DNA from: an uncultured Planctomycetota bacterium | Lineage (GTDB): Bacteria > Planctomycetota > PLA2 > JAEUHO01 | DNA length: 64,000 nucleotides | Direction: 5' to 3' | Assembly: GCA_963752285.1 (NCBI GenBank) | Contig: CAVVXN010000005.1 | Span: 2,272,001-2,336,000, forward strand | In this document: piece after piece, positions 38,868-48,427 of the stretch | How positions within the stretch are numbered: the stretch's first letter is position 1 | Layout of the letters: the number at the start of each line of letters is the position of its first letter | The notes under the pieces: generated by a model | Told to the model about the DNA's origin: nothing | The model's database searches: none | Seen by the model: the letters and a program-made list of their open reading frames with translations, nothing else | Translations under genes and position numbers: made by a program

Positions 38868-39947
38868 TCAAGGGGCGCGAGACGGCCGGACCAGCCGGTA
38901 CAGGCGACTCCGAAGCGTCGGGACGTACGCCTCGACGTTGACGAGAGTCCGCGCGTCGTCGGCCCAGCGGTCCTTGTACGCGTCCTCGCCCGAGAGGAAG
39001 TCGTACTCCGCGTACCCGTGCTCGATCCCCCACCGAAGGGTCGCGGCCGTCGCGAGCGTCCCCGGACGCAGCGCCCCGAACGCGGGATCCCATCCGCCCT
39101 GGAAGCACCAGACGCGCCCGCCGTGGAGGAAGTCGTAGCGCGCCGCGACGTCCTCGCCGTTCGAGCGGAGGACCAGGAGGAGGAGCGCGTCCTCGGCGAG
39201 CAGCCGCGGCGCGAGCGCACGGTGGAAGCGCAGGTAGTCCCCGGTCCGAAAGCTCCCCCGGCCCTCCCCAAAGCGCCGGCGGTGGAGCCGGACCAGCACG
39301 TCCATCGCGTCGTCGAGCCCGATGTCCTCGCCCGCGCGGAGCACCTCTACGGGACCGCGCGCTGCGAGGTCGCGCTCGGCGCGGCGCACCTGCTGGCGGA
39401 GGCTCCGGCCGCGCGAGGCGAGGAGCCGCTCGTAGGTCTCGGGGAGCCGCACGTAGGGGCTCCGCTGGGCGCCCGTTCGCCGGGGGTCGAGCCCGGCTTC
39501 CACGAGCGTCCGTTCGAGGTGGGGCAACACGGGCGAGTCGGCCCGCACGCGCTCGAGGAGGAGAACGTCGAACCGGTGGCCGGCCTCCGCGATCGCCGCC
39601 CGGACGAGCGCCGGCACGACATCGGCCTCGCGACCGCGCTCGACCAGGAGGTCCAGGTGCTCGGCGAGCGTGTCGGCACGCTGGCCCAACAGCATCAGGT
39701 GGCGGAGACGACCGCGCAGGCGACCGGGGCCGGGTCCGACCACGAACGGCGCGACGCCGACGAGACGGCCCGCTTCGTCGCGCGCGGCGAGACCGCGCCA
39801 CGTGAACCGCGGGCCGAAGACCGGCCACCACGTCTCGACCCAGGCGCGCGATAGGAACACGCTCGAGGCCGCGCTCCGGTCGAGGAGCGCGTCCCAGTCG
39901 GGGTCCGGCGCGCTCGGCTCGGGCAGCGGCTCGACGCGGATGCTCAC
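38868..39947 (-). CDS. GNAT-fold protein (CelD/BcsL-like)
   Basis: WDALL..SVFLSRAW, VGVAP, FQGGWDP...RPG, YDFLSGEDAYKDRW; GTGA overlap with the deacetylase gene. Confidence 0.85.
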   Translation of the reverse strand: MSIRVEPLPEPSAPDPDWDALLDRSAASSVFLSRAWVETWWPVFGPRFTWRGLAARDEAGRLVGVAPFVVGPGPGRLRGRLRHLMLLGQRADTLAEHLDLLVERGREADVVPALVRAAIAEAGHRFDVLLLERVRADSPVLPHLERTLVEAGLDPRRTGAQRSPYVRLPETYERLLASRGRSLRQQVRRAERDLAARGPVEVLRAGEDIGLDDAMDVLVRLHRRRFGEGRGSFRTGDYLRFHRALAPRLLAEDALLLLVLRSNGEDVAARYDFLHGGRVWCFQGGWDPAFGALRPGTLATAATLRWGIEHGYAEYDFLSGEDAYKDRWADDARTLVNVEAYVPTLRSRLYRLVRPSRAP

Positions 39948-40897
39948 GGCCGGTGGCAGCGCCAGGCGAAGGTCGCGAGATCCTCGGCGATGCCCACGCG
40001 GGGCAGACCGTGGAGCGGGTCCCCGGGCTCGACGAGACCCGCGCGCGTCGTCACCGCGGCTCGGTAGTGCGTCTCCACGAGCGCCTGGACGCGCGCGCTG
40101 TGATCGCCGTTCGGGTAGCAGAAGAGGTCCACGGGACGATCGAGCCGAGCTTCGAGGGCCCGCCGGCTCCCCACGATCTCCGTCTCGAGCGAGGCGTCGT
40201 CGAGCGTCGGGAGGATCGGGTGCGTCGCGCTGTGCGAGCCCACCGTGAACAGGCCGCCGTCGAGGGCACGCACGTCGTCCCACGTGAGGACGTCGTACCG
40301 CGCGTGCTCGTCCGCCGTGGGCTCGAACCCGGGCGTGGCCTCGCGCACCTTCGCCTCGGCGGCGGCGCGCCGCGCGGGCACCATGCGCTTCATCGCGGCG
40401 ACGAGATCGGCGGCGCCCGGGCCCTTCGCCCGCCCGCGCGTGACCCGGAGCGCGAGCGCCTGCCGCGCATCGGGGCCGAGGCGCGCGAGACGCGCGCGGA
40501 CCTCGTGGTTCCAGAGCCACGCGCCGCGGTCCACGAGGCCCGGACACACGAAGAACGTCGCCGGGAGGCCCAGACGCTCGAGGACCGGCGCCGCGACCTC
40601 GCGGTGGTTTCGGAGGCCGTCGTCGAACGTGAGAGCGACCTCGCGTCCGCTCACCGTGCCCGCCCCCTCGAGGCGGCGGACCAGATCGGAGAGCGGCACG
40701 ACATCGAGCTCGCGCGCGAGGAAGCCCATCTGTGCGGCGAACGCCTGCTCGGAGACGCGCGAGCCGCCGATGCCATGCATCATCACGATCCGCATCCTGC
40801 ACAGCCGCCGCGCGCGCCGCGCGGAGACCCCGCTCCAGAGCGCGAGGTTGTGGAGCGTCCGGACGAGGGGGCGGGCGCGGACCATCACCCCCCCCAT
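39944..40897 (-). CDS. Polysaccharide deacetylase (NodB/CE4 family)
   Basis: LTFDDG, PATFF, GSHSATHP, FCYPNG. Confidence 0.92.
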   Translation of the reverse strand: MGGVMVRARPLVRTLHNLALWSGVSARRARRLCRMRIVMMHGIGGSRVSEQAFAAQMGFLARELDVVPLSDLVRRLEGAGTVSGREVALTFDDGLRNHREVAAPVLERLGLPATFFVCPGLVDRGAWLWNHEVRARLARLGPDARQALALRVTRGRAKGPGAADLVAAMKRMVPARRAAAEAKVREATPGFEPTADEHARYDVLTWDDVRALDGGLFTVGSHSATHPILPTLDDASLETEIVGSRRALEARLDRPVDLFCYPNGDHSARVQALVETHYRAAVTTRAGLVEPGDPLHGLPRVGIAEDLATFAWRCHRP

Positions 40898-40937
40898 CGG
40901 CCGGCGGCCCCGCGCTCCGAAAGCGGCGAACGGGCGT

Positions 40938-41840
40938 TCAGGAGGGAATCCCGGCCACGACGGGCGCGGCGAGGTCCCCGGCCATGTACGCGACCCCCAT
41001 CGCCGGCGTGTCGAACCCCCAGCCGAGCGACCCGTCGCGGGCGATCAGGACGAGGCCCGCCTGGCCGCCCACGCGCTCCTGCATCTCCCGAAGAGCGAGC
41101 CAGCAGGCGTCCTGCGCGGAGTGGTCGCGGCCGAGCTCGGCCGCGCGCCGCGCGAGCCCGAACCGGAGCACGCGCTCGCCCCTACCCGTGGCGGCGACGG
41201 CGGCGAGGCGGTCGTCGGCGAAGAGACCCGCCCCGGCGATCGGAGCGTCGCCGACGCGACCGCTCGGCTTCCCGGGCCGGCCGCCGGTCGAGGTGGCCGC
41301 GGCGAGGTGGCCCTCGGCGTCCAACGCGACGGCGCCGACGGTGTCGGGAGGGACGGCGGGGCCCCGCACGGCGGCCCAGGCGGCGAGGCGCTCCCGCTCG
41401 CGCGGGAGGACGAGCGACGCCGCATCCACGGTCGCGATTCCGTGCGACCGGGCGGCGCGGCTCGCCGCCTCGCCCACGAGGAGGATCTCGTCCCCGCCGA
41501 GGAGCGCGTCCGCGAGGCGCACCGGGTTCGCGACGTCCCGCACGCACGCGACGGCACCGACGAGGAGCTCCGCCCCGTCCATCACCGCGGCGTCGCACTC
41601 CACGAAGCCCTCGCGACAGAGCACGCTGCCGCGCCCGGCGTTGAGCTCGGGGTCGTCCTCCATCGTCGTGACGGCCACCACGGCCCCCGCGCGCGCGGAC
41701 CCCCCGGCGTCGAGCACGCGCCACCCCGCCTCGACCGCGCGGCGCGCGCCGGCGAGGTGCGCCGCCCGGGCCTCGGCGGGCACGTCCCACGCACCCGTGT
41801 GGACGAGGAGCAGAGGGCCGACTCTCGGTTGCGGATCCAT
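40938..41840 (-). CDS. iaaA: Isoaspartyl peptidase/L-asparaginase (Ntn hydrolase)
   Basis: MEDDPELNAGRGS, DTVGAVA, ATSTGG, GRVGD, TGRGE. Confidence 0.92.
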   Translation of the reverse strand: MDPQPRVGPLLLVHTGAWDVPAEARAAHLAGARRAVEAGWRVLDAGGSARAGAVVAVTTMEDDPELNAGRGSVLCREGFVECDAAVMDGAELLVGAVACVRDVANPVRLADALLGGDEILLVGEAASRAARSHGIATVDAASLVLPRERERLAAWAAVRGPAVPPDTVGAVALDAEGHLAAATSTGGRPGKPSGRVGDAPIAGAGLFADDRLAAVAATGRGERVLRFGLARRAAELGRDHSAQDACWLALREMQERVGGQAGLVLIARDGSLGWGFDTPAMGVAYMAGDLAAPVVAGIPS

Positions 41841-41896
41841 CGGCCGCGGATCGTACCCGCGGCCGCTTGGCCGTCAGGCATAGACTGCCGGTACCC

Positions 41897-42487
41897 GTGT
41901 CGCAGATCGAGGACGCCCACGACGTACGCGAGGCCCGAGAGGGCGATCGCGAGGCGTTCGCGCGGCTCGTCCGCCGGCACGCGGCCCGCGTCCACGACCT
42001 CGCCCGGCGGATGCTCAGGGACGCGGTCGAGGCCGAGGACGTGGTCCAGCAGACGTTCTGGAACGCGTGGCGCGCGCTCGACCGTTTCGACCTCGCCCGC
42101 CCGTTTCGGAACTGGCTGCTCCGGATCGCCTCGAACCAGTGCCGGAACCGGATCGCGGCCCGCGGTCGCGCGCGCGTCCTCCCCGCCCGCGGGGGCGAGG
42201 ACGACCCGCCGGACGTGGCCGCGCCGCGGGCTCCCTCGGCCGGGGGCGGGGACCGCCGGACGGCCGTCCGCGACGCGATCGAGGCCCTGCCCGAGCCCTA
42301 CCGCCTGGCGGTGATCCTCCACTACGTCCAGGGCCTCTCGCTCGACGCCGTCTCGGAGATCTCCGGCGTCGGCGTGGCCACGCTCAAGACCCATCTCTTC
42401 CGGGCCCGAGCCGCGCTCCGGAAGGCCCTGGAAGCCGGCGAAACCGACGCCGCGCCGGGCGGTACGACGAGAGGAACGGCCCCGTGA
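41897..42487 (+). CDS. ECF sigma factor
   Basis: GDREAFARLV, AEDVVQQTF, WLLRIASN, TLKTHLFRAR. Confidence 0.93.
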   Translation: MSQIEDAHDVREAREGDREAFARLVRRHAARVHDLARRMLRDAVEAEDVVQQTFWNAWRALDRFDLARPFRNWLLRIASNQCRNRIAARGRARVLPARGGEDDPPDVAAPRAPSAGGGDRRTAVRDAIEALPEPYRLAVILHYVQGLSLDAVSEISGVGVATLKTHLFRARAALRKALEAGETDAAPGGTTRGTAP

Positions 42488-42951
42488 ACGGACCCGACGT
42501 CTCCCCTCCGCCGCCCGACCCCGCCGACGACGAGGCGCTCGTCCGGCGGCTCTGCGCGGAGGCCCCCCTCCCCCTCCCACCCGGGCTCGTGGAGCGCGTC
42601 CTCCTCGGCCTCCCGCCGCGGACCGCCCGGCCCGCGGCGCGGCGTCTCGGGCCCCTCGCCGCGGCGGCGCGCGTGGCCGCGGCGGTGCTCGTCGCCACGG
42701 TCACGTGGCTCGCCGCCACGGGCGCGGTCCCGACCGAGGCGGTGGCCGACCCCGCGCCCGCCCTCGGCGCGCTCGCCCCGGCCACGGACCTCTTCGCCGC
42801 GTCGCCGGTCGCCGACGCGGTGCCCGATCTCCCCGACCTCCCCGACCTCCCCGGTGCGCCGCCCGCGCTCCTGGCCACCCTCGGCGCGGGCGCCCTCGCC
42901 CTCGGTCTCGCCCTCGCACCCCGCGCGCTCGGCCGTCGGAGCTCCCCGTGA
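42484..42951 (+). CDS. Putative membrane anti-sigma factor
   Basis: GTGA-coupled to the ECF gene; PPGLVERV motif followed by hydrophobic segments. Confidence 0.65.
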   Translation: MNGPDVSPPPPDPADDEALVRRLCAEAPLPLPPGLVERVLLGLPPRTARPAARRLGPLAAAARVAAAVLVATVTWLAATGAVPTEAVADPAPALGALAPATDLFAASPVADAVPDLPDLPDLPGAPPALLATLGAGALALGLALAPRALGRRSSP

Positions 42952-43649
42952 ACCCTCCCCGCCCCCACCGCGCCATCGGCGTCCTCGCGGCCTTCCTCGT
43001 CTCCCTCCTGCTCGTGCCGGCATGGGCGGAGGAGGCGACCAGCGCGACCGCGGGCGCCGCGCCGGCCACCCCTCCGCTGGGCCACGTCGTCTCGGCCCTC
43101 CTCGTCGGCGCGTTCGCGGCGGCCGGCGTGGGCTGTCTCCTCGCGGTCCTGCGGATCGTCTTCCCCCATCCGACGGCCACGGCCGATCGCGCGGTCTCGC
43201 GTCTCGCCAGCGGCCGCCTCCTCCTGACCGGCATCCTGCCTGCCCTCGGCGTGGGCCTGCTCGGCCAGGCGGTCGGCCACGCGGGCGTGCCGTTCCTCGG
43301 GGGCGCGTACGCGCTCGTCGTCCTGCTCCCCGCCGCGGCCCTCGCGCTGCTCGGGGCGATGGCTGCCGTCCCGCATCTCGGACGCGGGCTCCTCGGCGCG
43401 GGCCACGACCGCTCCCTCCTCGTCTCGGTCGTGACCGGAGCCCTCGTGCTGACGCTCGCGGGCGCGGCGGCGGTCGTGCTCGGACGAGCGGGCGGCGCCG
43501 CGCTCTTCGGGCTCCTCGTGGGCGGCTGGTTCCTCGGGACGGGCCTCGGCGCGGCGCTCGACCGCGCGAACGGAGGCGCGGCGCCGACCGCGCCCGGAGA
43601 GGCCGAGGCGCCCGTACCCGGGAACCCGGACGGCGTCGAGCCGGAGTGA
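42948..43649 (+). CDS. Hypothetical integral membrane protein
   Basis: GTGA overlap; signal-like N-terminus and about five hydrophobic helices. Confidence 0.7.
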   Translation: MNPPRPHRAIGVLAAFLVSLLLVPAWAEEATSATAGAAPATPPLGHVVSALLVGAFAAAGVGCLLAVLRIVFPHPTATADRAVSRLASGRLLLTGILPALGVGLLGQAVGHAGVPFLGGAYALVVLLPAAALALLGAMAAVPHLGRGLLGAGHDRSLLVSVVTGALVLTLAGAAAVVLGRAGGAALFGLLVGGWFLGTGLGAALDRANGGAAPTAPGEAEAPVPGNPDGVEPE

Positions 43650-43696
43650 CGCTCGGCCCGGTGGGCTCGCGGAACGGGTCGGCTACACTCCTACGG

Positions 43697-46237
43697 ATGG
43701 AGGATCTGCTCTCGCTCGCGGAGCGGCTGGGAGAGGCCCAGGATCTCGGTTCGGCCGCGGAGATCGTCGCCGAGCACATCCTCTCGCTCCTCCCCGACGC
43801 GGCGGTCCGCACGTGGGTCCTCGGGCCGGGCGACCACTGCAGGACGTGCGCCTCGGCGCGCGTGTGCGACGACCGCTCGCGCTGCCTCCACCTCGCGTCG
43901 AGTCTCGGCTCGTTCGCGCGCCCGCCGAGCCTCGCGGAGCGGATGCCCCAACACGTCGAGCCCTGGCGCACGGTCCTCGCCGGGACGACGCACGGCCACG
44001 ACGTGTCGGTCCCGCCCGACCTCGCGGCGCCCCCCGCCGCGGGGGATCCCGCGCCGCCTTCCACGTGGGTCCTGCCGCTCGTCGCGCGCGGCGAGCCGCT
44101 CGGGGTCGTCGGCGTGCGGTCCGCCGCGCCGCTGTCGGGCGCGGCGCGGCGCGAGGTCCGCGCGGCGTGCCAAGTCGCCGCCGCGACGCTGGCGCACCTG
44201 GCCACGGACCGCCGCGTCGAGGAGGGACGGCGGCACCTGATGCTCCTGGAGGACCTCGGGCACCGGGTCGGGACGATCCTCGACGACGACGTGGTCCTCA
44301 GGCAGGCCGTCGTCGCGCTGCGCCGCACGTTCGGATTCCACAATGTGATGGTGTTCCTGAAGGACCCCGCCGAGGAGGGGCTCGTGCTCCGCGCGCAGGC
44401 CGCGGGGACCAAGAGCGCATCGTCCCTCGGTCGCGGCGTCGGACCCGACCAGGGGGTCGTGGGTCGCGCGGTGCGCACGGGCGCGACCGTGGTCGTGGAC
44501 GACGTCCGCGAGGACCCCGACTTCGTGGGCTGGTTCCAGGAGACGCGCTCCGAGATCGCCGTTCCCATCACGATCGACGGGCGGGTGGCGGGCGTCCTGA
44601 ACGTCGAGAGCGACCGACCGGGCGCGTTCGCGACGTCGGAGCGCCTCGTGCTCGAGACCGTCGCGAACCAGCTCGCGATCGCGCTCGAGAACACGCGCCT
44701 CTTCCGCATGGTGAAGGAGCGCGAGGCGCGATACCGGACGCTCGTCGAGTCGAACCCGGGCGCGGTGCTCCACCTGGACACCGAGGGCCGGGTCGTCTTC
44801 TCGAACCCGGCCGCGCGGATCCTGACGGGACACGACGACGCGTCCCCGGCCGAGGAGGGCGAGCGCTTCTCGGCGTGCGCCGTGCCCGAGGACCGCGCGC
44901 GCCTCGCCGAGGCCGTGGCGGAGGCGGCCCGTGGCGTGCCGCGCCCCGACGTCGAGCTCCACCTCCTCCACGCCGACGGGACGACGCGCTGGGTCCAGGC
45001 GTCGTTCCAGCCCCTGCCCGACGACCAGGGGCGGCCCCGGGGCGTCGTGGTCCTCGCCCGAGACCGCAGCCGCGAGAAAGAGCTCCAGGACCGGCTGTAC
45101 CAGTCGGAGAAGCTCGGCGCGATCGGTGGGCTCGTGAGCGGCGTGGCGCACGAGCTCAACAACCCGCTGGCGGGCATCCTCGGCTGGGCCCAGCTCCTCC
45201 TGGGTCAGCCCCCCGAGGAATGGACGCGCGCCGACCTCGAGAAGATCGAGGGCAACGCGCGCCGTTGCCAGGCGATCGTCGAGAGCCTGCTCCAGTTCGC
45301 GCGGCAGGCGCGGCTTCGCAAGCGCCCGGCGAACCTGAACGAGATCGTCGAGTCTGTCCTCCGGTTGAACGAGTACCAGCTCCGCATGGACGGCGTGCGG
45401 ATCGAGAAGTCGTACGACTCGCGCGTGCCCGTGCTCGAGCTCGACGTGAACCGCTGGCAGCAGGTGGTGATCAACCTCGCCTCGAACGCGCACCAGGCCA
45501 TCGTCTCGGCCGAGTGCCCGGAGCGGCGGATCCGCTTCGAGACGAAAGCGCTCGAGAACCAGGTCGTCCTCCGCGTGAGCGACACGGGCCCCGGGATCGC
45601 CGAGGCCGAACGCGCGCGCGTGTTCGAGCCCTTCTACACGACGAAGGAGACGGGAACGGGCCTCGGGCTCTCCATCTGCTACGGCATCGTCCAGGACCAC
45701 GGCGGCACGATCGAGCTCGACGCGGACTACCCCGAGGGTTGCCGGTTCGTGATCCGTCTCCCGCGCAGCCGGGAGGCGGCGTGCGCGGTCGCGACGCCCG
45801 AGCCGCCGCAGCCCGAGACCGAGCGGGGGCGGGGACGTCGGGTCCTGGTGCTCGACGACGAGCCCACGGTCCGCGAAGCGGTGTGCGAGTGGCTCTCGAA
45901 GAGCGGGTTCGTGGCCCGCGGGTTCGGGGACGCCGAGACGGCCCTCTCGCGCGCGGCCGCGGAGCACTTCGACGCGTTCCTCGTGGACCTTCTCCTGCCC
46001 GGCACGCTCGACGGGCTCGCCTTCTACGACCGGCTCGTGCTCCTGGAGCCCGCGCTGGCCCGGCGCGTCGTGTTCCTGACGGGCTACGGCCTGCACGAGG
46101 GTCTCTCCGGCGAGATCGAGCGGCGGGGCGCGATCTGCCTCGGCAAGCCGTGCGACCTGCACGAGCTCGTGCACCTGGTGGGCGAGGTCTCGATGGGCCG
46201 CGCGCCGCTCCCCGGCTCCGGTCGCCTCGAGCGGTAG
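43697..46237 (+). CDS. Hybrid sensor histidine kinase (GAF-GAF-PAS-HisKA-HATPase-REC)
   Basis: GVAHELNNPL, NLASNA, DTGPGI, FYTTK, GTGLGL; receiver VLDDE...FLVD...FLTG...KP; no TM segment seen. Confidence 0.93.
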   Translation: MEDLLSLAERLGEAQDLGSAAEIVAEHILSLLPDAAVRTWVLGPGDHCRTCASARVCDDRSRCLHLASSLGSFARPPSLAERMPQHVEPWRTVLAGTTHGHDVSVPPDLAAPPAAGDPAPPSTWVLPLVARGEPLGVVGVRSAAPLSGAARREVRAACQVAAATLAHLATDRRVEEGRRHLMLLEDLGHRVGTILDDDVVLRQAVVALRRTFGFHNVMVFLKDPAEEGLVLRAQAAGTKSASSLGRGVGPDQGVVGRAVRTGATVVVDDVREDPDFVGWFQETRSEIAVPITIDGRVAGVLNVESDRPGAFATSERLVLETVANQLAIALENTRLFRMVKEREARYRTLVESNPGAVLHLDTEGRVVFSNPAARILTGHDDASPAEEGERFSACAVPEDRARLAEAVAEAARGVPRPDVELHLLHADGTTRWVQASFQPLPDDQGRPRGVVVLARDRSREKELQDRLYQSEKLGAIGGLVSGVAHELNNPLAGILGWAQLLLGQPPEEWTRADLEKIEGNARRCQAIVESLLQFARQARLRKRPANLNEIVESVLRLNEYQLRMDGVRIEKSYDSRVPVLELDVNRWQQVVINLASNAHQAIVSAECPERRIRFETKALENQVVLRVSDTGPGIAEAERARVFEPFYTTKETGTGLGLSICYGIVQDHGGTIELDADYPEGCRFVIRLPRSREAACAVATPEPPQPETERGRGRRVLVLDDEPTVREAVCEWLSKSGFVARGFGDAETALSRAAAEHFDAFLVDLLLPGTLDGLAFYDRLVLLEPALARRVVFLTGYGLHEGLSGEIERRGAICLGKPCDLHELVHLVGEVSMGRAPLPGSGRLER

Positions 46238-46277
46238 GGCTCGCGGCGTCGTAGCCTGGGCCGCCGCGGGAGGCACG

Positions 46278-47356
46278 ATGGCGACCACGTACTGGGACTA
46301 CATCGACGTCGAGCGTCTGCTCGCGCTCCAGGGCGGCCTCGACGACGACGAGACCTCGCTCTCGAACCACGAGGTCGTCTTCATCACGGTCCACCAGGTC
46401 TTCGAGCTCTGGTTCAAGCTCGTGCTGCGAGAGCTCGTCTCGCTACGCGACCTCTTCGCCGCGCCACGCGTTCCGGAGGACGGGCTGGCCACGGCCGCGC
46501 GAAGCCTCGACCGCATCCGTCGCATCTTCGCGGTGGCGAACGACCACTGGACGGTCGTGGAGTCCCTGAACACCCGCGACTACCTCGATTTCCGCGACAA
46601 GCTCTTTCCCGCGAGCGGGTTCCAGTCGGCCCAGATGCGCGAGATCGAGGTCCTCCTCGGCCTCGACGAGGTCGATCGGGTCGGCCTGGGCGGCGAAGGC
46701 CGATGGCGTGTCGCGCTGGAGAACCCCGACGGCTCGCCCTCGCCGGGCCTCCGTCGCGTCGAGGCGCGGCTCGCGGACCGCCCGACGCTCCGCGAGGCCG
46801 TGGAGGCATGGCTCTCTCGAACGCCGATCCGCGGGTCGAAGCCCGGGGACCCGAACGACGACGACACGGTGGACGCGTTCGTCGGCGACTACCTCGCCGC
46901 GCTCGAGGGCGTCGTCCGACACGTCGTCGCCGAACGTCTGGACGCGCGGCACACGGAGGCGGAGCGCCGCTCGATCGGGGCGCGGTACGACAAGGAGATC
47001 GAGGCCGCGCACCTCTGGCTCCGACCCGACGACCGGCGGCGGCGGCGCATCCGCGCGGCGATCCTGTTCCTCGAGTCGTACCGCGAGCTCCCGCTGCTCG
47101 CGTGGCCGCGCGAGGTCATCGAGCGGCTGGTGGAGGCCGAGCAGGCGATGCTGATCTTCCGGCAGCGACACGCGCGGATGGTGGAGCGCATCATCGGCCG
47201 CCGCGTCGGGACCGGCGGCAGCTCGGGCGTCTCGTACCTCGACGACACGGCGCTCCGCTACCGCGTGTTCCAGGACCTCTGGGCGGCGCGGACGTACCTG
47301 GTCCCGAAGGAAGCGCTCCCCCCCTCGCCGACCCCTCGTACTACGACTTCCGCTGA
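46278..47356 (+). CDS. kynA: Tryptophan 2,3-dioxygenase (apparent 1-nt deletion near 3' end)
   Basis: YWDYI, FITVHQVFELWFK, ASGFQSAQ, HARMVERIIG..GTGGSSGV.YL. As written the ORF runs to 47435 into moaA; one more C in the C7 run at 47318-47324 gives LPPLADPSYYDFR* ending at 47356. Confidence 0.92.
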
Positions 47357-47365
47357 GGCCGACGG

Positions 47366-48376
47366 TCAGCCGCCGATGAAGCTCATCTCGACGCGGTCCT
47401 CGGGCGGCGTGCCTTCCGTGCGGGCCTCCGAATAGCGGTCGGTCCGCGCGCGCCACGCGTCGGCGACGAGGCGGCTCAAGTCGTCGTCGCTCGCGCCCGC
47501 GCGGAGCGGGGTCTTCAGGTCGAGGCCCCGCGCCGAGAAGAGACACGTGTAGAGGTGTCCGTCGGCCGAGAGGCGCGCCCGCACGCAGTTGCCGCAGAAG
47601 GGTTGCGTCACCGACGAGACGAGGCCGATCTCCGCCGAACCGTCGCGGTAACGCCAACGCTTCGCGACCTCGCCCGCGTACGCGGGCTCGACGGGCTCGA
47701 GGTCCAGCTCGTCCTGGAGCCGCGAGAGCACCTCGGCGGACGAGACCACGTCGTCCATACGCCAGCCGTTCGTCGTGCCGACGTCCATGTACTCGATGAA
47801 GCGCAGCGTGTCCCCGCGGGCCCGGAAGTACCGCGCCATGGGCAGGATCTGGTGCTCGTTCACCCCCCGCCGCACGACCATGTTCACCTTCACGGGAAGG
47901 CCCGCCGCGCGGGCGGCGTCGATGCCCTCCAGCACGCGCCGGACGGGGAAGCCGACGTCGTTCAACGCGTGGAAGGCCTCGTCCTCCAGGGCGTCGAGGC
48001 TCACGGTGACCCGGCGAAGGCCCGCCCCGACGAGCGCGTCCGCCTTCGCGGCGAGCGCGGAGCCGTTCGTCGTGAGGGCGAGGTCCTCGAGGTCCCGGAG
48101 CCGCGAGAGGTGGTGGACCACCACCTCGACGTCGCGGCGCAGCAGCGGCTCCCCGCCCGTGATCCGCACCTTCCGGACACCCAGCTCGACGAAGACCGAC
48201 GCGAGCCGGGCGATCTCCTCGTAGGAGAGGATCTCGGCACGGGGGAGGAACGCGTACGCCGCCGAGAAGACCTCCTTCGGCATGCAGTACGTGCAGCGAA
48301 AGTTGCACCGGTCCGTGACCGAGATGCGGAGGTCACGGAGGCCGCGCGAGAGACGATCGACCACGGGGGCGTCCAC
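47366..48376 (-). CDS. moaA: GTP 3',8-cyclase
   Basis: LRISVTDRCNFRCTYCMP, TGGEPL, FCGNC.R.R...G.LYTCLF, C-terminal MSFIGG. Confidence 0.97.
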   Translation of the reverse strand: MDAPVVDRLSRGLRDLRISVTDRCNFRCTYCMPKEVFSAAYAFLPRAEILSYEEIARLASVFVELGVRKVRITGGEPLLRRDVEVVVHHLSRLRDLEDLALTTNGSALAAKADALVGAGLRRVTVSLDALEDEAFHALNDVGFPVRRVLEGIDAARAAGLPVKVNMVVRRGVNEHQILPMARYFRARGDTLRFIEYMDVGTTNGWRMDDVVSSAEVLSRLQDELDLEPVEPAYAGEVAKRWRYRDGSAEIGLVSSVTQPFCGNCVRARLSADGHLYTCLFSARGLDLKTPLRAGASDDDLSRLVADAWRARTDRYSEARTEGTPPEDRVEMSFIGG

Positions 48377-48427
48377 GCGCGCGAGGATAGCCTGTCGCGA
48401 CGGGGACGACCGCCCTTCCCATCCCAT

